DNA of 64,000 nt from Candidatus Terrybacteria bacterium RIFCSPHIGHO2_01_FULL_43_35 (GCA_001822815.1 MHSR01000013.1:18808-82807), one strand, 5' to 3'. Counted from the first letter of the stretch, positions 30,257-38,521 are shown. Notes: a model not told the origin generated them from the letters alone. Numbers and translations are program-made.

Positions 30257-31285
30257 TTATTTATTTTCGGTACCACCAGTATCGGCGGTTTCTTCGCCAA
30301 GCCGCCGGAAAGAACCTTTGCCAAAAATACTCTCTATTAGACGCGCCAACGGAATTAAATTGCCGCTGAAATTTGCTCGCGCAAATATATCAAAAACCTC
30401 TTGCCTATTCTCAAATCGGCCGTGACTTTTTTCTATAATTTCATCTATCAATCTCCAAAGTTTATCACGTTCATTCTTGCGCCCAACAAATACATCTCTT
30501 CCTTTAGTTTTCGGTGGAAATTCAGCAACTATAGTAGCGATGGTTTCTTTGTCTGGTTCTATTTTCTCAAAAATCGTGAGTATTTCTCTGGCAGAAGGTA
30601 TAGAATATACTTCTTCCATGGCTTCCCGCTCATTCTGCTCTTGTGTTGGATTAAAGCGGTGAACAATATGCAATAATGATTCTTTCAATTTGTTTGTGGC
30701 TTCTATCTCTTCACTATATAATGGATTATTTTGCATTTCCTCGTCGTAAAATTTCTTGGCCAATATTTCGGCAATAGCCTCTTCTATATCTGAAAAGTGT
30801 TTTATGCGACTCTCTCGATCTGATACGATAATGCCGCTTCTATACATACGGTGCTTCTTTTGCGCATCTATTTGCGCAGCTTTGTAGGACAATTGGTGGA
30901 ACATTTCATGCACAAGCGTTGTGGCTACATCTACATTCGACTCCAGATCGCGATCCACTACTATCTCTTGTGCCAAAGACCTGTGTATACCGCCGTAGAA
31001 TTCCCCGTTGGTGAGTTCGGATGCTCCTCCTGATCTTACAAAATGTATTTTATGTGGCGGTATTGGCTTAGGGTCTCCGCCGTAAAACTTTGCCATTCTA
31101 TATGCAAATTCTTCTGCGTTTTGAATAATCGTCTTGTCCTGTTCAGTAAGCCGTATTTCGTACTTGGCAATATCTTGATCGCCAATTTGCAGAAGTTCCT
31201 CTTGTAATTCGTGCTTAAGTCTAGCTCGCTCTCCCTCTGTTCCGCCCACCACTCTTTCAAATTGTGTTTCAAAATTTTCTAGCAT
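30257..31285 (-). CDS. zincin-like metalloprotease-domain protein
   Basis: TLVHEMFHQ (HExxH) plus downstream IEEAIAE. Confidence 0.7.
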   Translation of the reverse strand: MLENFETQFERVVGGTEGERARLKHELQEELLQIGDQDIAKYEIRLTEQDKTIIQNAEEFAYRMAKFYGGDPKPIPPHKIHFVRSGGASELTNGEFYGGIHRSLAQEIVVDRDLESNVDVATTLVHEMFHQLSYKAAQIDAQKKHRMYRSGIIVSDRESRIKHFSDIEEAIAEILAKKFYDEEMQNNPLYSEEIEATNKLKESLLHIVHRFNPTQEQNEREAMEEVYSIPSAREILTIFEKIEPDKETIATIVAEFPPKTKGRDVFVGRKNERDKLWRLIDEIIEKSHGRFENRQEVFDIFARANFSGNLIPLARLIESIFGKGSFRRLGEETADTGGTENK

Positions 31286-31320
31286 GATTCCATAAAACCA
31301 TGGATTTATTGCTTGCGCAA

Positions 31321-31403
31321 ACCTTTCGATTTACTCGGGTCTTCGACTCCCGCGGGACTGAGTCCTCGGGACGAACGTCTGAGAGTCTCAGACTCGTTGA
31401 GGT
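31321..31403. repeat. fragment of the leader/REP-like repeat family
   Basis: GGGACTGAGTCCTCGGG and GACGAACGTCTGA are reverse complements of segments in 34780-34850. Confidence 0.75.
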
Positions 31404-31440
31404 AAACAAAAACAGCTCTATCTAAAACAGAACTGCTTTT
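31404..31440 (-). terminator. intrinsic terminator ending the 33.2->31.4 kb transcript
   Basis: AGCAGTTCTG-loop-TAGAGCTGTT followed by a T run on the minus strand. Confidence 0.7.
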
Positions 31441-31515
31441 GCGCCAAATATCTTTAACAAAAAGTATTTGAGCGTGGAACGAATTTACTTATCTTTTCTT
31501 ATTTTCAAAGTTGGT

Positions 31516-31734
31516 GTTGGTGGTGGAACTAGCCTTGACCTGGCCTAGGCTGGCTCGCGAGACGAACGGGGTTGGGCTTTCAGCCTGGTTGGGAACAGCT
31601 CTCGTTGTATCCCGTACCTATTTCTACCACCCGCTTTTATCCCTCTAGGGGATCCGATCTTCCGGTATCAGACAAACCGTCGTATTAAGGAAATCGGATG
31701 AGCTGTCAATCCGAAACCTTTTTCCACCACCAAC
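31516..31734 (-). ncRNA. unrecognised structured RNA, copy 1
   Basis: 13-bp perfect closing stem; conserved blocks shared with 32605-32817 showing compensatory changes. Confidence 0.75.
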
Positions 31735-31866
31735 CAAAAACGAATTTTTATAAACGCGCTTTTGGCTAATGACGAGATTTATACATGTTTGAAAATATTT
31801 TTGAGATTAACCAGCCCTAATTTCAGATTTGCTAAAATCAGGGCTGGACTGACTTTTGTCGAGGTT

Positions 31867-32073
31867 TCACTTCTCCGCCTCGACCTTCGGATCTTCCAGC
31901 TCGACACCGAGCTCACGCGCCGCGCCTTCGGCCAGCTCGCGCTTCTCCGCGGGCGAGAGCTTGTCGATCTCGACCTTGAACCCGGCCATGTCCTGGCCAG
32001 AGAGCTTGCCGAAGTACTTCCAGAGCACCACGAGCTCGGTCGCCTTGGCGGCTTTGGCGCCAGAGGTGTCCAT
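31867..32073 (-). CDS. small helical protein, 68 aa
   Basis: AAGGAG SD; almost all codons end in G/C; hairpin CCAGCCCT...AGGGCTGG downstream. Confidence 0.85.
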   Translation of the reverse strand: MDTSGAKAAKATELVVLWKYFGKLSGQDMAGFKVEIDKLSPAEKRELAEGAARELGVELEDPKVEAEK

Positions 32074-32274
32074 CTTTGGACTCCTTCATTGCTTGATACG
32101 GCTTAAACAATCTCTACTAATTGCAAGAGTTGTTGCCGCGCCTCAACAAACTTCCTGTATTAGAAATTTGCTCAAGTGCGGAACTACTGGTTTTTTCTTT
32201 AAATATGGTGAAGCGAGGGGAAATTCTTACTTGAGTTCCCCTCGCTTACTTAACGATCCTTGTGGATCTGGTGA

Positions 32275-32544
32275 CTAGAGCAGTGCGAGGCGGACGCGTT
32301 CAAGTTTCGCGTGCCAAGCCCCTGAACCACCAGAGATGCGTGTCTCGCGCGTCGCAAGATCAGCCATCTCACGATCCCGCACCACAGCCACGCTGACGGT
32401 GGGCGCCTGATTGCTCGATCCGTGGTTGTAGGCGAAACCTTTCTGGCGTGCCACCTTGCGGATGTAGGTAAGCTTCCTGCTGCGCAGGAAGGAATTTGGG
32501 TCTGCCTTGACCTGGTTCTTCTTGGTGTGGCCTTCTGAGCTCAC
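32275..32544 (-). CDS. small basic protein, 89 aa
   Basis: AAGGAGGAG SD before GTG; hairpin AAGCGAGGGGAA/TTCCCCTCGCTT downstream. Confidence 0.75.
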   Translation of the reverse strand: MSSEGHTKKNQVKADPNSFLRSRKLTYIRKVARQKGFAYNHGSSNQAPTVSVAVVRDREMADLATRETRISGGSGAWHAKLERVRLALL

Positions 32545-32604
32545 GTCTCCTCCTTACTTGGCTTTTGCCTGCCCGCTTCTTTGGTTTTAGTTATTTAAAG
32601 GTGC

Positions 32605-32817
32605 GGATGGTGATGGGACTGGTATAGCGTAAGACGCCGAACGGCGTCACGTGCTTAACCGATGAATGGGACTGGGCTTTCGGCCTGCTCGTTTCAGAGT
32701 AGCTCTACTCCAGTAGCTTTCAGTACCACCCATATTTATCAACACGCTCTTTTTGCCTGAGGCATGGCCTGATCTTGCGGTATCAGGAAACCGTCATCTT
32801 CCCCATCACCACCAACC
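32605..32817 (-). ncRNA. unrecognised structured RNA, copy 2
   Basis: 10-bp perfect closing stem TGGTGATGGG/CCCATCACCA; same core as copy 1. Confidence 0.75.
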
Positions 32818-33224
32818 AAAACAAACATGTTGTTGATGCAAACTTGCTTTGGTTGATGGCAATCAATGATTTAGTTTTTAAAAAACATTCTCATACAAGA
32901 CGAGACCCTCGGGCATGATCTTTTAGAAGATCACACCAGGGAGTCTCCTCTCGGAGTCTTACCTTCACCGCATCACGCTTAGCCCGCCAAAATTTTAAAA
33001 TAAAATTTGTATGTTTGCGGGGGTTGATGCGTTTTGACAGATGCTACACGCCAAACCGACGCTTCGGTTAAATCGCGGATGCCTCTGACACTGCAAATCA
33101 TTATACAAACCTATTGCATCCGCTCACGAAAGAATCAGTAAGGCGGTGACGACACCAAGCCTCCCAAGCTACTTGATGTCCTGCCTATGCATAGAAACTG
33201 TCAATGCATACTGTCAATAACTAA

Positions 33225-33253
33225 AGTATATCATATAAGTTTTAACTTGTCAA
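33225..33253 (-). promoter_or_regulatory. sigma70-type promoter TTGACA-17-TATACT
   Basis: Near-perfect consensus and spacing. Confidence 0.8.
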
Positions 33254-33325
33254 GAGCAAGAGGGTTGCTTTAGGCTTGTTTTGGATATTTTCTTTATTCT
33301 AAAAGGGTTATATTAAATTGTGATT

Positions 33326-33343
33326 TGTCAGAATATGCTGACA
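33326..33343. promoter_or_regulatory. candidate operator TGTCAG-N6-CTGACA
   Basis: 16/18 palindrome between two divergent promoters, near a TrmB-type regulator gene. Confidence 0.4.
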
Positions 33344-33397
33344 TGTATGGGTTGAGTATGGTACTTCTAATTCAAACTTCGATATCGCCAGGCACTA

Positions 33398-33426
33398 TTG
33401 ACATTTATACCACATAATGATATAAT
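33398..33426 (+). promoter_or_regulatory. perfect sigma70 promoter TTGACA-17-TATAAT
   Basis: Exact consensus. Confidence 0.85.
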
Positions 33427-33432
33427 TTTATT

Positions 33433-33795
33433 GTGCGGCATAAATGACCGCATGAAAACAAGCTCTCTTGAAGGAAGAGAGCAAGGAGTAGCGTTATGGG
33501 CAACGGGTAGGTAGCGTCTGAAGCAAAAGAATGTGGTATGCAAAACAAAGGCGCAAGGTAACTATTTACTAGACGCGCCCAAGATGAAAGCGGTACCAAT
33601 GGCTCTAGATCAAGCGCTGCCTTAACCCTCGGTTGTCAAACAGAGGATCGCAGAGCGATAAGAGCCCTAAAGACAAGCTTCAACGTTAACCCCTGGAAAA
33701 GGCCGCGCCTATCCAGACAAAAAACCCAAATCAAGCTCTCTTTGTTCTTTCTTCACCAAGGCCGCCACTCTACTCGAGAGGCGGCCTAAACTTTT
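33433..33795 (+). ncRNA. candidate ~360-nt ncRNA
   Basis: Perfect promoter, no long ORF, long-range pairing of ends, terminal hairpin AGGCCGCC...GGCGGCCT followed by a T-rich tail. Confidence 0.55.
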
Positions 33796-33851
33796 ATACA
33801 AAAACTGCTTTTTATGCAGAGTTTAAAAGACGGAGCACTGCTTTCTGTTAT

Positions 33852-34580
33852 TTATTTCCAAGCCAGAGAAAACAAGGCTCTCAACGTTTCAGCAATTTCC
33901 TTACTTTCAATAATGATGCCCATGGGTTTCCCGCGAAAGACGGCCATGGCTACTTTGTTACCATAAATAATCAAGTCGCTAGCAATACCCGCTTTGAGAG
34001 GCAAATATTTTGTTTCAACTCCCTGCGCATATTTCGCAATCGGTCCGGCTTTATGCGTATAGAATGTCTGTCCGCGAACATGTTTCTTGGAGCGACGCAA
34101 ACGGTAAACTTCACGCTCACTTTCAGAAAATAGCTCTTCATATTCGTCTCGTGGGAATATTTCCACTATAGAACTAGTCTTGGTGCGCAGAAAATCTTCC
34201 TGCATGGCCTTCAGGCCTTCCTTGCCCTCGAAAAAACGCACGCGCGGATGTTCCCTGGCCTGATCATAAAGGGCTTTAAGACGAGGAAGAATTTTTTCGG
34301 TTTCGGTTCGTTTAATTTTTAATTCCTGCTCGTTGCGATCTAGAAGTCGCATCAGCCTTTCGGGAAATTCTGCTGAAAGCAATCTCTTGCTTCCCTGTTC
34401 GTGCCAACTAACCAAACCAAGCTTAGCTAATTCTTCAAGAGCCAAATATGCCGTGGGTCTTCGTATGCCAGATTTCTTGGCGATATCTTGTACAGTTGCC
34501 TGACCCAGTTCCAAAACCGCCAAATAAACTCTGGCTTCCTTATCCGAAAGTCCTATGCTTTTTAGTTCTGGCTCGAACAT
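33852..34580 (-). CDS. TrmB-family transcriptional regulator
   Basis: GLSDKEARVYLAVLELG wHTH, IRRPTAY, PRVRFFEGKEG, IIYGNKVA..GIIIES. Confidence 0.88.
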   Translation of the reverse strand: MFEPELKSIGLSDKEARVYLAVLELGQATVQDIAKKSGIRRPTAYLALEELAKLGLVSWHEQGSKRLLSAEFPERLMRLLDRNEQELKIKRTETEKILPRLKALYDQAREHPRVRFFEGKEGLKAMQEDFLRTKTSSIVEIFPRDEYEELFSESEREVYRLRRSKKHVRGQTFYTHKAGPIAKYAQGVETKYLPLKAGIASDLIIYGNKVAMAVFRGKPMGIIIESKEIAETLRALFSLAWK

Positions 34581-34890
34581 GTGCTAGTTGTTGCCCACGA
34601 CCCAGCTCTAATTTCTGAGCGTTTGGGCATTTCTAAAATTATAATGTATAATTTTATCTTGGTTTAAAACTTTTATCGAATTGTTTTTGGTAAATTAGGG
34701 CTGGATCGCGGTTGCAACGACGTGCATCTCTTCGAGTTCATCGAATCTGAGATTCTCTGAATCGAATGATCTGAAGACTCATCAGACGTTCGTCTCTTCG
34801 AGCCTGAGGGCTCCGCAGAGCCTGAACGGCCCGAGGACTCAGTCCCGAGGGAGTCTGAACGACCTAAGGAGCAAAGCGACGAGGGATTAC
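34581..34890 (-). repeat. leader repeat family, expanded copy forming the 5'UTR of the TrmB-type gene
   Basis: GTAATCCCTCG...GATGCA..GTTGCA...GGGCAACAACTAGCAC-ATG; TATAAT at 34905-34900. Confidence 0.85.
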
Positions 34891-34970
34891 TTTTCATTTA
34901 TTATAGCATTAAAAAGATTGAGCCCGGCCCGAGTTTTATCTAAAACTGGAGCTGGGCTCTTTGTTTTGGC

Positions 34971-35141
34971 TTAGCGGTTAAAACCAGATGACGGCCTGCG
35001 TTCTACCAGACGAACCTGCACCGGAACAGGAACCAGAATCAGGCGCGGCGCTGGTCTAGGTGACACGCGATCCAGAACGCTTGCGCCGAAATTCTTGGCT
35101 ATCCGCGAGAGCTTGGCTCCGCGGGATGAACGATTCACCAT
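34971..35141 (-). CDS. small basic protein, 56 aa, absent from the ORF track (MVNRSSRGAKLSRIAKNFG...RRPSSGFNR)
   Basis: TAAGGAGG SD, promoter TTGACA-16-TATAAT (35286-35259), hairpin downstream at 34921-34958. Confidence 0.7.
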   Translation of the reverse strand: MVNRSSRGAKLSRIAKNFGASVLDRVSPRPAPRLILVPVPVQVRLVERRPSSGFNR

Positions 35142-35315
35142 GGAATGTATCCTCCTTACGGCTTGCTGATATGAAAAGTTCTGTTGGGGATAACGAGAAC
35201 TACTAAATACTATAAGTTTAAGGACTAAGTTTAAGAGTCTCGTTACCCCACTAATTACATTATAACACTAAAATAATGTTTGTCAAGAATTCGCCTCGCC
35301 TCCGTTTATCTGTTT

Positions 35316-37058
35316 TTACATTCTTTCCGGAGCATGAATTCCCATTAGGCGCATGGTGTTGGCCAAAACTATTTTTGTGGCGCGCACCAATGCTAAACGC
35401 GCAAGAGTTAAATCCTTATCCTCGCCTATAACTTGGCAATCGCGATAAAAAGCCGAAAAAACCGTGGCCACATCCGTGGCATAAACTGGCAGACGGCTGA
35501 CTTCATATTTGGAGGCAATATCTTCTACTAATTCCGGCAGAATAATTAACTTCTTTATCAACTGCGTTTCTGAAGGGTGCGCCAATTTTAAAAGCAAGTT
35601 ATTTCTTGCCGACCCCTCAACAATCCCCTCTTGTTTGGCTTGCCCTGAGCCAGCCGAACTGGCTTTGGCCAGAATGCTTGCACATCTCGCATGAGCATAC
35701 TGCACATAATAGACCGGGTTTTTGTCGGATTGTTCGCGTGCCAAAGTCATATCAAAATCCATATGGCTATTTGGTTCGCGCATCAAAAAGAAGAAGCGCG
35801 CAGCATCCAAGCCTACAGTATCAACTAATTCTTCAAGGGTTATGAATGTTCCGGTACGCTTGGACATGCGCACTTCTTGCCCGTTTTCCATCAAACGCAC
35901 AAGCTGAACCAAAATAAAATCGAATTTTCTTGAGCTCGAAACAAGCCCCAAGGATGCAAAAACTCTGTTCAACGTAAACATATGGGCATGGTGGTCGGCG
36001 CCGACAATATCTATGACTTTATCAAAACGGCGCCGCTTAAATTTATCCCAGTGATAAGCTATATCCGGAAGCAAATATGTGGGCTCGCCGTTTGATTTAA
36101 TCAGAACTCTTTCGTTAATATTGTCGTTTTCTTTAAGTCGCAACCATTGGGCTCCTTCCTTTTTTTCGATCAAATGTTTTTTCTGAAGAGCTTCATAAGC
36201 CTCCTTAATAAGCCCCTGGCGATGTAGGCTTTTCTCCGAAAACCACACGTCGAAACGTATTTTAAGTTTTTTTGTTATTCTTTTTATATCTTCCAATATC
36301 ATCTTTGAAGCCGTGCGGCTTATTGCTTCCGGGTTCAATTCCTCCGGCTTAAACTTGGAAATTTGCAGTTTATAAGCCAGTTCCTGTACGTATCCTCCGG
36401 GATAAAGCTCTTCGGGCGGATAAGGAATTTTGTAATCCCCGCCCGAAACCTTACCGGCTGCAATTACCGACCAGCCCAATTTTTTTATCTGCTCCCCGGC
36501 ATCATTTACATAATATTCACGAGTAATTTTGTATCCGGCAAAATCTAAAACGTTAGACAGAGCATCACCCAAAAACCCTCCACGTCCGTTTCCCAAAGTA
36601 GGCGGACCGGTAGGATTTGCTGATATAAATTCTACCTGCACATTTTGCTTATGTCCGATATCTATACGGCCATAATTGTTTTTAGCGCTTAAAATATTCT
36701 TAATTTGTTTGGCTAGATATTCAGGAGAGAGTGAAAAATTTATAAACCCCGGTCCGGCAACTTTTACGCTTTTTACTACGGCATTAAAGCGCTTATTTGT
36801 TTCAAGTCCGGTAATAATATTTTCGGCTACGGCATGAGGAGATTTTTTGCCTATTGCGGCCAAAACCATGGCGATATTTGAAGCGTAATCGCCGTATTGG
36901 ATATTGCTGGCTGGTTCAACGGTAAAATTTATTTTTTCCATGTGAAAGCCGGCATTTTGAGACGCCGCAATAATACTCTTTATCAAAAATTGCTTGGTTG
37001 TGGCTACCTCGCCGGATCCTTTAGTAAATATCTTGTCCTTGGGTGATTTTGTGGCCAT
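35316..37058 (-). CDS. argS: arginine-tRNA ligase
   Basis: GDYASN, VAGPGFINF, VEFISANPTGP, REYYVND, GADHH, RMSKRTG, NPVYYVQYAHAR, PERM end. Confidence 0.96.
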   Translation of the reverse strand: MATKSPKDKIFTKGSGEVATTKQFLIKSIIAASQNAGFHMEKINFTVEPASNIQYGDYASNIAMVLAAIGKKSPHAVAENIITGLETNKRFNAVVKSVKVAGPGFINFSLSPEYLAKQIKNILSAKNNYGRIDIGHKQNVQVEFISANPTGPPTLGNGRGGFLGDALSNVLDFAGYKITREYYVNDAGEQIKKLGWSVIAAGKVSGGDYKIPYPPEELYPGGYVQELAYKLQISKFKPEELNPEAISRTASKMILEDIKRITKKLKIRFDVWFSEKSLHRQGLIKEAYEALQKKHLIEKKEGAQWLRLKENDNINERVLIKSNGEPTYLLPDIAYHWDKFKRRRFDKVIDIVGADHHAHMFTLNRVFASLGLVSSSRKFDFILVQLVRLMENGQEVRMSKRTGTFITLEELVDTVGLDAARFFFLMREPNSHMDFDMTLAREQSDKNPVYYVQYAHARCASILAKASSAGSGQAKQEGIVEGSARNNLLLKLAHPSETQLIKKLIILPELVEDIASKYEVSRLPVYATDVATVFSAFYRDCQVIGEDKDLTLARLALVRATKIVLANTMRLMGIHAPERM

Positions 37059-37104
37059 AACTGTATATTTATTATAATACCATGCTAAATTGGGATTAGA
37101 GATT

Positions 37105-37548
37105 ATGACAACCCTTGCCGAAAATAAACGGGCTGGATTCGATTATGAAATCCTCGAAAAAATGGAGGCTGGTATTGTGTTAAACGGACAGGAAACCAAG
37201 TCTATAAGAGCTGGGCAAGCGTCTCTGGGCGGAGCGTTTGTAACGGTTAAAAACAATGAACTCTGGCTGACTAATATGAATGTAGCCCCGTGGCAACCCA
37301 AGAATATATCGCACAATTACGATGAAGCCCGTCCAAGAAAACTATTGATGCATAAAAATGAGATCGCATCGCTCATAGGCAAAATCAAAACCCGCGGCTT
37401 GACGGCCCTGCCCTTGCGATTATATACTCACCACGGTAAGATTAAAGTCGAAATAGGCGTTGTTAAATATAGGAAAAAGCACGACAAAAGAGAATTGATA
37501 AAGAAACGCGACGCCCAACGGGATATTGCCAGAACCTTAGCAGAATAA
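37105..37548 (+). CDS. smpB: SsrA-binding protein
   Basis: NKRAGFDY, EAGIVLNGQETKSIR, RKLLMHK, DKRELIKKRD; immediately upstream of tmRNA. Confidence 0.96.
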   Translation: MTTLAENKRAGFDYEILEKMEAGIVLNGQETKSIRAGQASLGGAFVTVKNNELWLTNMNVAPWQPKNISHNYDEARPRKLLMHKNEIASLIGKIKTRGLTALPLRLYTHHGKIKVEIGVVKYRKKHDKRELIKKRDAQRDIARTLAE

Positions 37549-37552
37549 AAAT

Positions 37553-37935
37553 GGGGATGCCGGGCTTCGAAAAGGAAAAGTGTAGCGCGCGCAGGACGAG
37601 GCCGATCAACAACCTCGAAAAAAGTTGATCACTTACAAGTGCAAACTTGTTCGCAAAAGTGCAGAACGCTTTCCGCGTTCCAGCATTTGCTCTTGCTTAA
37701 ATTAGCTTGAGCCATCCGGCCCTGATGCTCGATAAGGAAACGCCGGGTGCCATACATCGAGCTTGACTAGCATAAGGACCTCGCTTGCGCTACGCGACTC
37801 AAACAGGGGTAGGAATATCTGAAATTCTGCCGTTCTTTGACCGGATATTCTGACAAAACATTACAGAATGGCTAATCCTGTAGAAGCGTGCCGCATAATT
37901 TTTCTTTGACGTGGGTTCAACTCCCACCATCTCCA
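37553..37935 (+). ncRNA. ssrA: tmRNA; tag peptide ANLFAKVQNAFRVPAFALA (37641-37700)
   Basis: GGGGATG...CATCTCC-A acceptor with G3-U70, GACGTGGGTTCAACTCCCAC T arm, tag ending FALA. Confidence 0.95.
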
Positions 37936-37972
37936 CAAACCATGCCGACAATTTATAAATAGTTTTAACTAT

Positions 37973-38518
37973 CTGCAAAAGTTTAATTATTATCAGCGCC
38001 GTCCGCAGTTTCAACGAGGACCGCGCATGAACAATCAAATCAAGGCTTCGCCTGTGCGCGTTATAGATGAACAGGGTAAAAACCTAGGCGAAATGGATAC
38101 CCAAGAAGCTATTCGCTTGGCCTCCAGCCGTGCCTTAGATTTAATAGAGGTTTCTCCAGATGCTATACCGCCCGTGTGCCGAATAGTTAACCTTGGGAAA
38201 TGGAAATACGAACAGGCCAAAAAACAGCGGGCCCAAAAGGCGCACCAAAAACAGGTTGAGTTAAAAGGCATACGGATAACGATGCGTTCTTCCCTTCATG
38301 ATCTTGGAACTAGGGCGCGGCAAGCTGAAAAATTTTTAAACGAAGGCAACAAAGTGCGCGTGGAAATGCTGCTCAAGGGACGGGAGAGAGCAAACGAAAC
38401 ATTCGCCAGAGGCAAATTTGCGGAGTTCACTTCCCTCCTTTCTGTATCTTATAAAATGGAGCAGGATATAAAACGCGAGCCCAGGGGCTTGTCATTAATC
38501 ATAGTCAAGGGCAAATAA
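37973..38518 (+). CDS. infC: translation initiation factor IF-3 (start uncertain: CTG 37973 or ATG 38027)
   Basis: R.NNQI..VRVIDE.G.NLG, LDLIEVSPDA.PPVCRI, KFLNEGNKVRV. Confidence 0.94.
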   Translation: MQKFNYYQRRPQFQRGPRMNNQIKASPVRVIDEQGKNLGEMDTQEAIRLASSRALDLIEVSPDAIPPVCRIVNLGKWKYEQAKKQRAQKAHQKQVELKGIRITMRSSLHDLGTRARQAEKFLNEGNKVRVEMLLKGRERANETFARGKFAEFTSLLSVSYKMEQDIKREPRGLSLIIVKGK

Positions 38519-38521
38519 TTC

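Noticed and set aside
31640-31680. hammerhead ribozyme (CUGAU...GAAA)
   Set aside because: Reads CUGAUAC rather than CUGAnGA, and the bases are in a stem; topology does not fit.
32720-32735. T-box riboswitch (GGGUGGUAC)
   Set aside because: No stem I AG/GA motifs, antiterminator or terminator; copy 1 reads GGGUGGUAG and no amino-acid gene follows.
34730-34880. CRISPR array
   Set aside because: Repeats are irregular and nested, with no constant repeat-spacer period and no cas genes in the window.
34673-34897. 74-aa Ser-rich ORF
   Set aside because: Lies entirely within nested palindromic repeats.
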